In this document: one piece after another, positions 9,375-17,795 of the stretch | How the letters are laid out: every line of letters starts with the position of its first letter | Position numbering within the stretch: position 1 is the first letter of the stretch | NCBI GenBank assembly: GCA_003696795.1 | Contig: RFFT01000036.1 | Span: forward strand, 5,128 to 69,127 | DNA length: 64,000 nt | Direction of reading: 5' to 3' | From: Zetaproteobacteria bacterium | Lineage (GTDB): Bacteria > Pseudomonadota > Zetaproteobacteria > Mariprofundales > Mariprofundaceae | Program-made: the position numbers and the translations under genes | Notes under the pieces: model-generated | Database searches by the model: none | The model's input: the letters and a program-made list of their open reading frames with translations, nothing else | Told to the model about the DNA's origin: nothing

Positions 9375-10590
9375 GTCCACCCCACCGGTTATAGACATGC
9401 CCTTGATGATGGACGTGCAAGCCCCAGGCCGTTCCCCAGCGCGCATTCCACCAATGACGGCCATGCACAGTCACATTCCATACCGGAGTAATGGCCACCC
9501 GAGTCGGGCTGATACGCTCCACCTCCTTACCCACCGTATACGCCACGCCAAGCCGGTTATCGGTGGAATAATAATGATCCAGGGTCAGGACATGGTTCGA
9601 ACCGTTGCCGGCCTGAATCACCTGCGCCCAATTGAAGGTGTAGCTGGCGCGGAAGTTCCCGAAATACCGCTCCACCATCCCGCTGTAGGTCCAAGTTTGC
9701 GACTCGGGATAATGGGTCTGCCGCACACCCAGTTGCAGCCCCCAACCATCGGGTAGGGAAAGCAACGCGCCCCCCATCCACGAACTGCTGGGCATAAAGC
9801 GATGGCCGGGACTGAACTGGAGGTCGGCAAACAAATGCCCCCAATCCAGCACCGGAATCCCACCACCTACGGTTAGTTGCACATCCTGCAATTGATAACG
9901 TGTCACATTCTCCGCCATGGCATGAAACGAACGGTCTTGCGCGTCTTTCATGCGGAACGCCAGGTATTCGCTGGACCAATTGGCGAACCCATTGTTCAGT
10001 TGACTATAGGAGCCTCCCACTTCCAGCTCACGCTGCACACTCTTTTCCTCGCGCACCACCCGCTGCCTGTGCCGATGGAGAGACGGCGTGTCTTGCTCTC
10101 GCTGCCACCAATCGCGGTCGGGAAAGGCAATCGCGGCCTCGGTGCGGAACCAATCGACATCCACGCCCCCATGCTCCGCACCCGGGGTAGTCAGAATCTT
10201 CCACTCCAATTTCCAGGCATCCTCATAGCCGGGATTGCGCGCGCGCAACGCCTCCAGGATACGCAATGCGCGCGGGTAATCGCGCATCCAGGTATAAACT
10301 TGGGCCTGGCCGAAGAGATAATCGGCGTTTTGCCCATCCCGACGCAACAGCAACGCATATTGCGCCAACGCCTGTTGATAATGCCCCTGCCATGACAGCA
10401 GCCGCGCCAGCAGGAACCGCCCCTCCATATCCCGCGGCGCCTCTTGAAGATGTTGGCGCAACAGGCGTTCAGCCTGGACATACGCTCCCGCCTTCGCCAG
10501 ATCCCGAGCCCGCTGCACAGGCGACGATGCGTCCTGTGCCCACACGGCCTGAATCCATAGCAGCATCACAATCGTCAACCACCAGCGCAT
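9349..10590 (-). CDS. outer-membrane protein with an N-terminal TPR-like region and a C-terminal beta-barrel (PgaA/NfrA/YaiO-like architecture)
   Basis: Signal peptide MRWWLTIVMLLWIQAVWA/QD. TPR-like helices (AYVQAERLLRQHL..., YQQALAQYALLL..., YPRALRILEAL...). The C-terminal half has alternating aromatic/Gly strands and ends ...GLLYRF (terminal Phe). Confidence 0.65.
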   Translation of the reverse strand: MRWWLTIVMLLWIQAVWAQDASSPVQRARDLAKAGAYVQAERLLRQHLQEAPRDMEGRFLLARLLSWQGHYQQALAQYALLLRRDGQNADYLFGQAQVYTWMRDYPRALRILEALRARNPGYEDAWKLEWKILTTPGAEHGGVDVDWFRTEAAIAFPDRDWWQREQDTPSLHRHRQRVVREEKSVQRELEVGGSYSQLNNGFANWSSEYLAFRMKDAQDRSFHAMAENVTRYQLQDVQLTVGGGIPVLDWGHLFADLQFSPGHRFMPSSSWMGGALLSLPDGWGLQLGVRQTHYPESQTWTYSGMVERYFGNFRASYTFNWAQVIQAGNGSNHVLTLDHYYSTDNRLGVAYTVGKEVERISPTRVAITPVWNVTVHGRHWWNARWGTAWGLHVHHQGHVYNRWGGHVGLLYRF

Positions 10591-11018
10591 ATTCGCTCCC
10601 CTATCTTTTTTAGCCGGGCAACAAGTTCGCGCGGATAAAACGGCCGCCGGAGAAAGTCCTCAGCCCCTGCCTCAAGCATACGCACCGCCTCCTTCTCCTG
10701 AGTGCGGGACGTCAAAAACACGACCCGCACCGAACGCAGGCCGCGCTCCCGTATATGCGTAAGCAACTCCCCCCCGGAAACATAAGGGGGATTGATATCC
10801 GACACCACGATCACAGGCCCCTTAACGCGTTCCAGCCATTGCAATAGCTCCCTGCCATCCGCCACCGCTTGTACATCGAAGCCGGCACGGGTGAGAAAGA
10901 ACACGAGCAATTCCCGGATATCCGGGTCGACCTCCACCACAAGCACCAACGGTGTTGGCGGAATTCGCTTCGTCACATCCCCTCCCATGCCGCAATACTC
11001 TGGAAAACCTCTTCCCAT
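10575..11018 (-). CDS. stand-alone response-regulator receiver domain, atypical
   Basis: It has a CheY-like fold pattern (LVLVVEVDPDIRELL ... VIVVSDINPP ... VVFLTSR ... EDFLRRPF). Its stop overlaps the next gene by 16 nt. The start is uncertain (11018 or 10988). Confidence 0.75.
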   Translation of the reverse strand: MGRGFPEYCGMGGDVTKRIPPTPLVLVVEVDPDIRELLVFFLTRAGFDVQAVADGRELLQWLERVKGPVIVVSDINPPYVSGGELLTHIRERGLRSVRVVFLTSRTQEKEAVRMLEAGAEDFLRRPFYPRELVARLKKIGERICAGG

Positions 11019-11034
11019 TCTCCTGCGAAGTCAA

Positions 11035-11056
11035 ACGCTTGCGCGTTCGCAAGCGT
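11035..11056. promoter_or_regulatory. perfect 9-4-9 inverted repeat in a divergent intergenic region
   Basis: ACGCTTGCG-cgtt-CGCAAGCGT lies between the receiver gene (minus) and the esterase gene (plus). Function is unknown. Confidence 0.25.
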
Positions 11057-11092
11057 GGTGCGCACTAGGCGTTTGCGTTAGCATCCCCGGCG

Positions 11093-11785
11093 ATGCAAAG
11101 CTTGCCGCACATCACCCTTGAAACCGGCCCCAACCCTCGCGGAGCGGTCATCTGGCTGCATGGGCTCGGCGCGGATGGGCACGATTTCGAACCCATCGTG
11201 CTCCAGCTCGGTCTGCCGCGGGACATGCCGCTGCGCTTTATCTTCCCGCACGCGCCGGCCATGCCGGTAACCATCAACGGCGGCTATGTCATGCCGGCCT
11301 GGTACGATATCCGCCGCGACGATCTCGGTGTCGAACATGACGAGGCGGGCATCATGCGCTCCGCGCTTGCCATCCAGGCGCTGATCGAGCAGCAAAACAT
11401 GAAGGGAATCGACAACCGGCGCATTGTCCTGGCCGGCTTTTCCCAGGGCGCGGCGATGGCGCTCCATCTTGGACTTCGCCTGCGCGAGCGCCTGGCCGGC
11501 ATCATCGCGCTGTCCGGCTACCTGCTGCTGCCCGCGCGCCTAGCCAAGGAAGCCACAAGGGCGGCACTGGAAACGCCGGTGTTCATGGCCCATGGCCTGG
11601 ACGATCCCATCGTGCCCATCACGCTTGCCGAAGCGGCGCATGACCGGCTCGCAAGGCTCGGCGTCGAGGTCGCATGGCACACCTATCCGATGGCGCACCA
11701 GGTGTGCCCCGAGGAAGTTCGCGCCATCGGACGCTGGCTTCAGGAGATCTTGTCCAGCCCCGCCACTTCCTCCGCCTCGACATAA
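11093..11785 (+). CDS. carboxylesterase/phospholipase-family alpha/beta hydrolase
   Basis: WLHGLGADGHDF, nucleophile elbow GFSQGAAMAL, then AHGLDDPIVP and YPMAHQV (Ser-Asp-His triad pattern). Confidence 0.8.
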   Translation: MQSLPHITLETGPNPRGAVIWLHGLGADGHDFEPIVLQLGLPRDMPLRFIFPHAPAMPVTINGGYVMPAWYDIRRDDLGVEHDEAGIMRSALAIQALIEQQNMKGIDNRRIVLAGFSQGAAMALHLGLRLRERLAGIIALSGYLLLPARLAKEATRAALETPVFMAHGLDDPIVPITLAEAAHDRLARLGVEVAWHTYPMAHQVCPEEVRAIGRWLQEILSSPATSSAST

Positions 11786-12528
11786 ACGCATCCCGGATAC
11801 ACCGGACCGACATCGACGATATACCAGCAGCCGGCACGCAGGCCCAGCTCCACATCGAACACATCGCCCTCGCGCACCAGCTGCAGAATCGCGTCCGGCA
11901 GGCGAACGGGACCATAGTCCTGCTGCTGGCTGTCGAAACGAAACAGCACGCCATCCGCAACCAGCGCATAGGCGCGCGCATGCCCTTCGACGAAACGATC
12001 AAACGGCTTGCCACGCGCCTCCGGCGCCATCGCGCAGCCCGAACGCGCATAGTCGTAGAGCGCGCGTGCCAACACCGCGGCGCGCATCGCCTCCGGCACG
12101 ACCTCCTTCAACATCGCGTCGAATTCGAGGAACTGGCGACCGGGCCAATAGCCTCGATCGCGCAAAAAGGTGAACCAGCCGGCCAACACCTCCCCCGCGA
12201 CGCGAATCATCTCGCTATTGGCCGACTCGCGCAGCAAGAACCAGCCGACGAATTCGCGCACATGGCCGCTGTGCAAACGGGATAGCGGTGCCGCGCCCAA
12301 ATCGTGCGCCGGTTCGACATCGCCATCGAGCAACTGCATCATCTGCGCTTCCAGCGCGTCCTCCCATTCGCTCATCTCGCCCTGCTCGTCTTCGTCCATA
12401 TCCTGAAACAGGTCCGAGCAATGGACCAGGTAGCGCGCCAGTTGCTCGAACAACTCCGCTGTCTGTGCTGCGCTCGTGTTGGCGCGCTGTTGCAGATATT
12501 CATCCATCGCCTGCTGCAAGGCCAACAT
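11740..12528 (-). CDS. hypothetical protein (no recognisable domain), acidic N-terminal segment
   Basis: The internal ATG of ORF 11740..12714 is preceded by AAGGAGG. The protein has an acidic run DMDEDEQGEMSEWEDALE. The gene is divergent from efp. Confidence 0.55.
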   Translation of the reverse strand: MLALQQAMDEYLQQRANTSAAQTAELFEQLARYLVHCSDLFQDMDEDEQGEMSEWEDALEAQMMQLLDGDVEPAHDLGAAPLSRLHSGHVREFVGWFLLRESANSEMIRVAGEVLAGWFTFLRDRGYWPGRQFLEFDAMLKEVVPEAMRAAVLARALYDYARSGCAMAPEARGKPFDRFVEGHARAYALVADGVLFRFDSQQQDYGPVRLPDAILQLVREGDVFDVELGLRAGCWYIVDVGPVYPGCVYVEAEEVAGLDKIS

Positions 12529-12630
12529 CGTTTGTCCACCTCCTTGGCCGCGCTTGCCGATCACGCACGATCTAGCTATGTTGCGCCTGCCGCCGAAACG
12601 GCCAATACTATCGTATCGGGAGTCAGATGT

Positions 12631-13191
12631 ATGCAGATCAATGCCACCAGCATTCGTCCGGGAAATATCCTGCAAGTGGACGGCAGCCTTTGGCGGGTGA
12701 TGAAAACCCAGCATGTCACCCCCGGCAAGGGTGTGGCCTGCATGCAGGTCGAGATGCGCAACATCGAAACCGGCAACAAGACCAACAAGCGATTCAATTC
12801 AACCGAGCGCGTCGAGCGGGTCACCCTGTCCCAGCGCGAGATGCAGTTTCTGTATGCCGATGGCGACCAATATCATTTCATGGACATGGAAACCTACGAC
12901 CAGGTAACCCTGGGCCGCGACATGCTCGAACACGCGCTTCCCTACCTGTTGCCTGAAATGCAGGTGATCATCGAATTCCACGAAGACCGCCCGCTGAACG
13001 TGCAACTGCCGCAAACCGTGGTGCTGACCGTCGTCGAGTGCGACGCGGCGATCAAGGGACAAACGGCAACCGGCTCCTACAAGCCGGGCAAGCTTGAAAC
13101 CGGCGCGCCGATCATGGTGCCGCCCTATCTCGAGCCCGGCACGCGCGTGAAGGTGAACGCCGAAACCGGCGAATACATCGAGCGTGCCTGA
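12631..13191 (+). CDS. efp: elongation factor P
   Basis: MQINATSIRPGNILQVDG..., tip loop HVTPGKGVA, C-terminal IKGQTATGSYKPGKLETGAPIMVPPY. It is the internal start of ORF 12304..13191. Confidence 0.93.
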   Translation: MQINATSIRPGNILQVDGSLWRVMKTQHVTPGKGVACMQVEMRNIETGNKTNKRFNSTERVERVTLSQREMQFLYADGDQYHFMDMETYDQVTLGRDMLEHALPYLLPEMQVIIEFHEDRPLNVQLPQTVVLTVVECDAAIKGQTATGSYKPGKLETGAPIMVPPYLEPGTRVKVNAETGEYIERA

Positions 13192-13223
13192 ACACACCGG
13201 CCGGCCCGGGCATTGACGGGACC

Positions 13224-14705
13224 ATGACCATGCGCCGAGCGCTTGCCGTGCTCCTTGTCGCCGTTTGCGTCGCGCCGCTCGTGGCTGTCGCGGAGGAGGC
13301 GGTGGACCTGGCCACCGTCCTGCGCAAGGTGCTCGCCGCCCACCCCGAGCTGGACGTTGCGCGCATCGACAGCGCGATCGCGGATACGGCATCCGCACAG
13401 CTTGCCGGCATGCTCGATACGCGGGCCACCGCCAAAGCCGGCATCGCCCAGAATCAAACCCCGGTCAACAGCAGTTTCCAGCCGATCGAAACCCGCACCG
13501 CGCAGCTGACCGCCGGGTTGACCAAGCCGCTGGCCACGGGTGACACCGTGGGCGTCGCGCTGGATTACAACCGCAGCAAGCAACTGTTCAATTCGCCGTT
13601 CATCAGCCAGCTGGCGGCGATCAATCCATCCTATCAAAGCCAGCTCAACATCAGCATCCGTCACCCGCTTGCGCAGGGAAAGGGGTTGCCCGCTTATCAT
13701 CAGGGGCTGCGCGCGGCCAAGGCGCGCCAACATGCCAGCCGATGGCAGCAGCGCATCATCGCCCATCAACTTGCCCTGCAGGCCTTGAACCTGTTTTACC
13801 AACTCGCATTGGACGACATCAATCTTCACTTTGCGCGCCTGGCCGTACAACGCGCCGAACGCCTGCTCGCCTATCAGCGCAAGCGCGAGGCCTTCGGCCT
13901 AGTCGAGGAAAGCGACCGCCTGCAAGCGGCGGCATTGCTGGCCCAGCGGCGCACCCAACTGGCCGAGGCCGAGGCACGGCGGGCCAATGACCAGAGCGCC
14001 CTGAACCGGCTCATGTTGCGCGATCCCGACGCTCCGCTGCGTGTGCGCCTGCCCGAGGACCCTCCCGCATCCCACATCCCGTCCCTTGCGCAGGCTGTGG
14101 ACAACGCACGCGCGCATCGCGCCGAGCTGAAAGCCATCGAGGAGCAACTCCAGGCCGCCGAAGCCGAACTGGAGATCGCGCGCGACAAACTGCGCGCCCA
14201 GCTCGATCTGGTCGCCGAACTTGGCACGCGCGCGCTGTCCGGATCGGCGGGCACCACGCTCGCCCGCACCTTCAGCATCAACGACCATTATGCCGCGCTT
14301 TCGCTGGAATTCTCAGACGCGATCGAGGGGCGCGCCGAACGCGCCGCCGTCCGCGCGGCCGAACTCAAACGCGAACGCGCGCTGGCCGAGCGGCGCAAGG
14401 CGCTGGAAAGCATTCGCGACGAACTGGCACGCGCCGCCACCCAAATCCGCACCCTGGCGCCGACATTGCGCCTGGCACGCGTGCACGCCGCCGCCGAGCG
14501 CCGCAAATTTGCGCAGGAAATGACCCGCTATCGGCAAGGACGCAGCGATACGGCGAAGCTGATTCAGTTCGAAGGCGACCTGCATAACGCGGAGCTGCTC
14601 GCCGAGCTGAAACATGTGCAATGGCTGCTTGCCTGCCAACAATACCGCTGGGCGCAGGGCATGCTGCTTGCGGCACTGAACGTGCCGACTGCGAACGGGA
14701 GCTGA
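13224..14705 (+). CDS. TolC-family outer-membrane efflux protein
   Basis: Signal peptide MTMRRALAVLLVAVCVAPLVAVA. The two-repeat coiled-coil/beta pattern is typical of OEP/TolC proteins. Confidence 0.85.
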   Translation: MTMRRALAVLLVAVCVAPLVAVAEEAVDLATVLRKVLAAHPELDVARIDSAIADTASAQLAGMLDTRATAKAGIAQNQTPVNSSFQPIETRTAQLTAGLTKPLATGDTVGVALDYNRSKQLFNSPFISQLAAINPSYQSQLNISIRHPLAQGKGLPAYHQGLRAAKARQHASRWQQRIIAHQLALQALNLFYQLALDDINLHFARLAVQRAERLLAYQRKREAFGLVEESDRLQAAALLAQRRTQLAEAEARRANDQSALNRLMLRDPDAPLRVRLPEDPPASHIPSLAQAVDNARAHRAELKAIEEQLQAAEAELEIARDKLRAQLDLVAELGTRALSGSAGTTLARTFSINDHYAALSLEFSDAIEGRAERAAVRAAELKRERALAERRKALESIRDELARAATQIRTLAPTLRLARVHAAAERRKFAQEMTRYRQGRSDTAKLIQFEGDLHNAELLAELKHVQWLLACQQYRWAQGMLLAALNVPTANGS

Positions 14706-14711
14706 CTGCGG

Positions 14712-17700
14712 ATGCAACGGATGATCGCCTTCTTCGTCCGGCGCGGGGTTATCGTCAACCTGCTGTCGCTGTTTCTGCTGTTCGCCGGCATTTACGCGGC
14801 GCTGAACATTCAACGCGAGGCTTTTCCGAGCGTGAACTTCGATGTCGTGGTCATCAACGCCGCCTATCCCGGCGCCGCCCCGCGCGAAGTCGAGCGCCTG
14901 CTGGTCACCCCGATCGAACGCGAGTTGAAAGGCGTCAACGGCATCAATGCGATCCGCTCCACCGCCTATCTTGGCCGCATGCAAATCACGATCGAAGTCG
15001 ATCCGGACTACGAGGATCGCTCACGCCTGGTTTCCGACGTGCAGCAAGCCATCAACCGCGCCGACCTGCCAAGCGACCTGCCCGCCGATCCGCTGATCAC
15101 CGAGGTCAAGTCCGAAGAGGCGCCGGTGCTCACCTTTTCGATTTTCGGTGACTTTACCCCGCTTGAACTCAAGCGCTTATCGGACGAGATCGAGGACGAT
15201 GTGCTGGATATCGACGGCGTGGCGAGAGTGCTGGTGCAAGGCGACCGCAAGCGCGAAATCCGCATCGTGCCAAACCCGGTTAAAATGCGTGCGCATCGCG
15301 TATCGATCAACGACATCATCACCCTGGTTCGCGGCTGGAACATCGACGCTCCGGGCGGCCGGCTGAAAGCGCCGGAAGGGCAAAGCATCATTCGCATCAC
15401 CGGCGAATTCCGCTCCGCCGATGACGCCGCGCACCTTGTGCTGCGCGCCAACGACCGAGGCCAGGCCCTGTATCTGGGCGATGTGGCCGAGGTACGCGAA
15501 ACATTGGAGCAGCCCAGCCGCTATGTGGGCGCGCAAGGCAAGCCGGCGGTCAACATGATCGTGCTGAAGAAGGGCGACAAAGACATCATCGAACTCGTCG
15601 ATGCGGTACGCGCGTACCTGAAAACCGTGCCCCAGCGTTACGGTGACAGGGTGCAAGTACGCGTTTACAACGATTTCTCCACGATCACCCGCTTGCGTCT
15701 GGGGGTCTTGACCAGCAATGGCGCGATCGGCCTTGCGCTGGTGCTCTTGACTCTGCTTCTCTTCCTGCGTCCGGCGGTCGCGTTCACCACCGCCTGGGGG
15801 CTGCCGGTCATCTTCTTTTCCGGACTGTTGGTGCTCTATCTAGCCGGCGTCACACTGAACCTGTTGACCATGTTCGGCTTCATCATGGTGCTGGGGCTGA
15901 TGGTCGACGATGCAATCATCATCGGCGAAAACGCGACCTGGCATATGGAACGGGGATTGAGCCCGGAACAAGCCGCCATCGTGGGCACCAACGAACTGCT
16001 CGGACCGGTCTCCGCCACCGTGCTGACCACCATTGTCGCCTTCCTGCCCCTGATGCACATGGATGGCATCATCGGCAAGTTCGTGTTCTCGATCCCTGTT
16101 GTGGTGGTCGTGCTGCTGCTGTTCTCGTGGCTGGAGGCGATCTTCATCCTGCCCAATCATATCCGCGACGTGGCCAACCCGAACAAGCATCCGGGCGAGC
16201 GGCGACTGTTCGTCTGGCTCACCGGGCTTTATGCCCGGAGCCTGGAGAAGGCGCTGAAGTTGCGTTATCTCACCATCCTGCTCACGCTGATGGGCCTTGC
16301 CGGCGCTCTGATGCTGGCGACCCATATGAAATTCCAGCTGTTCCCCGCCGGCGCCGAAAGCACGTTCTATCTGCGCGTCAACCTGCCTCCCGGCACAACA
16401 CTCGAACAAACCTGGGACACCCTGGTACGCATCGACCGCGAAGTGCGCAAGCGCATCGATCCGGCCATCCTGGAAACGACGACGATGATCGCGGGCGAAA
16501 ACAGCGCCGATCAACGCGAGGCGCTGAAGCAACTGGGCGATCGCTTCGGCTTCGTGCGCGTGATCCTGATCCCATTCACCGAGCGATCGATCTCCGCGTA
16601 TACGGTCATGCAACGCATCCAGCGCGAGCTACCGCCGCTGTTCCCCAAGCTGGACATCAGTTTCGCGATGCAAAAGCCCGGCCCCCCGGTCGGACGCGCG
16701 CTGCAGGTCGAGCTCACCGGCAAGGACGAAACCGCGCTGACCCGGGTGGCCCGTCGGCTGGAGGCCATGCTGCGTGACATTCCGGGCGCGCACGCGATCG
16801 AATCGGATCTGGAGGCCGGCGACCCCGAGCTGCATATCGTGCTCGACCGCAAGCTGGCGGCCTATGCCGGCATCGATCTGGCCACCGTGGCCACCCATAT
16901 TCGGGCCGCGTTTGACGGCCTGCGCGTATCCACCCTGAAGCGCGGCAAGGAGGAAGTGGATGTCACCATCCGCTATCCCGAAGCGGCCAAGCATGATTTA
17001 CGCACCCTGTTGCAACTGGAAATTCCGAACCGACGCGGCGGCCTGATTCCGCTTGGGCGGGTGGCGCACCTGGCAAGCGCAAGCGGTCTGAACAGCGTGC
17101 GCCACAAGGATGGCAATCGGGTGATCAATGTTTCCGCGGAAGTGGATACGCAACGTCTCACCTCCAAGCAACTGAATCGCATCGTACGCGCACGCGCCGC
17201 GCAATGGCTGGGCGAGGATGCCGCCAGGGTCCATTATCATCTCGGTGGCGAGGAAGAGCGTAGCCAGGAATCCGTGCGTGGGCTGCTGTTCAGTTTCGTG
17301 TTCGCCCTGCTCGGCATCTTTGTGATTCTGGCCATCCAGTTCAACAGCATCGGCTATCCGATCCTGGTCATGCTGGCGATTCCGTTTGGCGCGATTGGCA
17401 TCGTCGTCGGCTTTTTCCTGCACGGACAACCGATCTCGTTCATGGCCCTGATGGGCTTCGTCGCGCTTTCCGGGGTGGTGGTCAACGCCTCGCTGGTCAT
17501 GGCGGTGTTCATCCAGCGCCAGCTTGCCGCGGGCGTTCCCTGGCGCAGTGCCATTGTCGAGAGCGGCAAGCGCCGGCTGCGCGCGGTGCTGCTGACCGCG
17601 ATCACCACCGTGGTCGGGCTACTGCCCACCGCCTACGGCTGGGGTGGCCACGATCCGTTCGTGGCGCCGATGGCGCTCGCGCTTTCCTGGGGGCTGATGT

Positions 17701-17795
17701 TCTCGACGGTGATTACCCTGTACTCGGTACCCGCCGCGCTCGGCATCGCGCTGGATGTCAAGCACCTGCTGCAGCGACTGGTGCGCCGGGGATAA
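14712..17795 (+). CDS. RND efflux transporter permease (AcrB/AcrD/AcrF family)
   Basis: 1027 aa with 12-TM topology and two large periplasmic loops. The N-terminus FFVRRGVIVNLLSLFLLFAGIYA...FPSV is typical of ACR_tran proteins. Confidence 0.92.
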   Translation: MQRMIAFFVRRGVIVNLLSLFLLFAGIYAALNIQREAFPSVNFDVVVINAAYPGAAPREVERLLVTPIERELKGVNGINAIRSTAYLGRMQITIEVDPDYEDRSRLVSDVQQAINRADLPSDLPADPLITEVKSEEAPVLTFSIFGDFTPLELKRLSDEIEDDVLDIDGVARVLVQGDRKREIRIVPNPVKMRAHRVSINDIITLVRGWNIDAPGGRLKAPEGQSIIRITGEFRSADDAAHLVLRANDRGQALYLGDVAEVRETLEQPSRYVGAQGKPAVNMIVLKKGDKDIIELVDAVRAYLKTVPQRYGDRVQVRVYNDFSTITRLRLGVLTSNGAIGLALVLLTLLLFLRPAVAFTTAWGLPVIFFSGLLVLYLAGVTLNLLTMFGFIMVLGLMVDDAIIIGENATWHMERGLSPEQAAIVGTNELLGPVSATVLTTIVAFLPLMHMDGIIGKFVFSIPVVVVVLLLFSWLEAIFILPNHIRDVANPNKHPGERRLFVWLTGLYARSLEKALKLRYLTILLTLMGLAGALMLATHMKFQLFPAGAESTFYLRVNLPPGTTLEQTWDTLVRIDREVRKRIDPAILETTTMIAGENSADQREALKQLGDRFGFVRVILIPFTERSISAYTVMQRIQRELPPLFPKLDISFAMQKPGPPVGRALQVELTGKDETALTRVARRLEAMLRDIPGAHAIESDLEAGDPELHIVLDRKLAAYAGIDLATVATHIRAAFDGLRVSTLKRGKEEVDVTIRYPEAAKHDLRTLLQLEIPNRRGGLIPLGRVAHLASASGLNSVRHKDGNRVINVSAEVDTQRLTSKQLNRIVRARAAQWLGEDAARVHYHLGGEEERSQESVRGLLFSFVFALLGIFVILAIQFNSIGYPILVMLAIPFGAIGIVVGFFLHGQPISFMALMGFVALSGVVVNASLVMAVFIQRQLAAGVPWRSAIVESGKRRLRAVLLTAITTVVGLLPTAYGWGGHDPFVAPMALALSWGLMFSTVITLYSVPAALGIALDVKHLLQRLVRRG

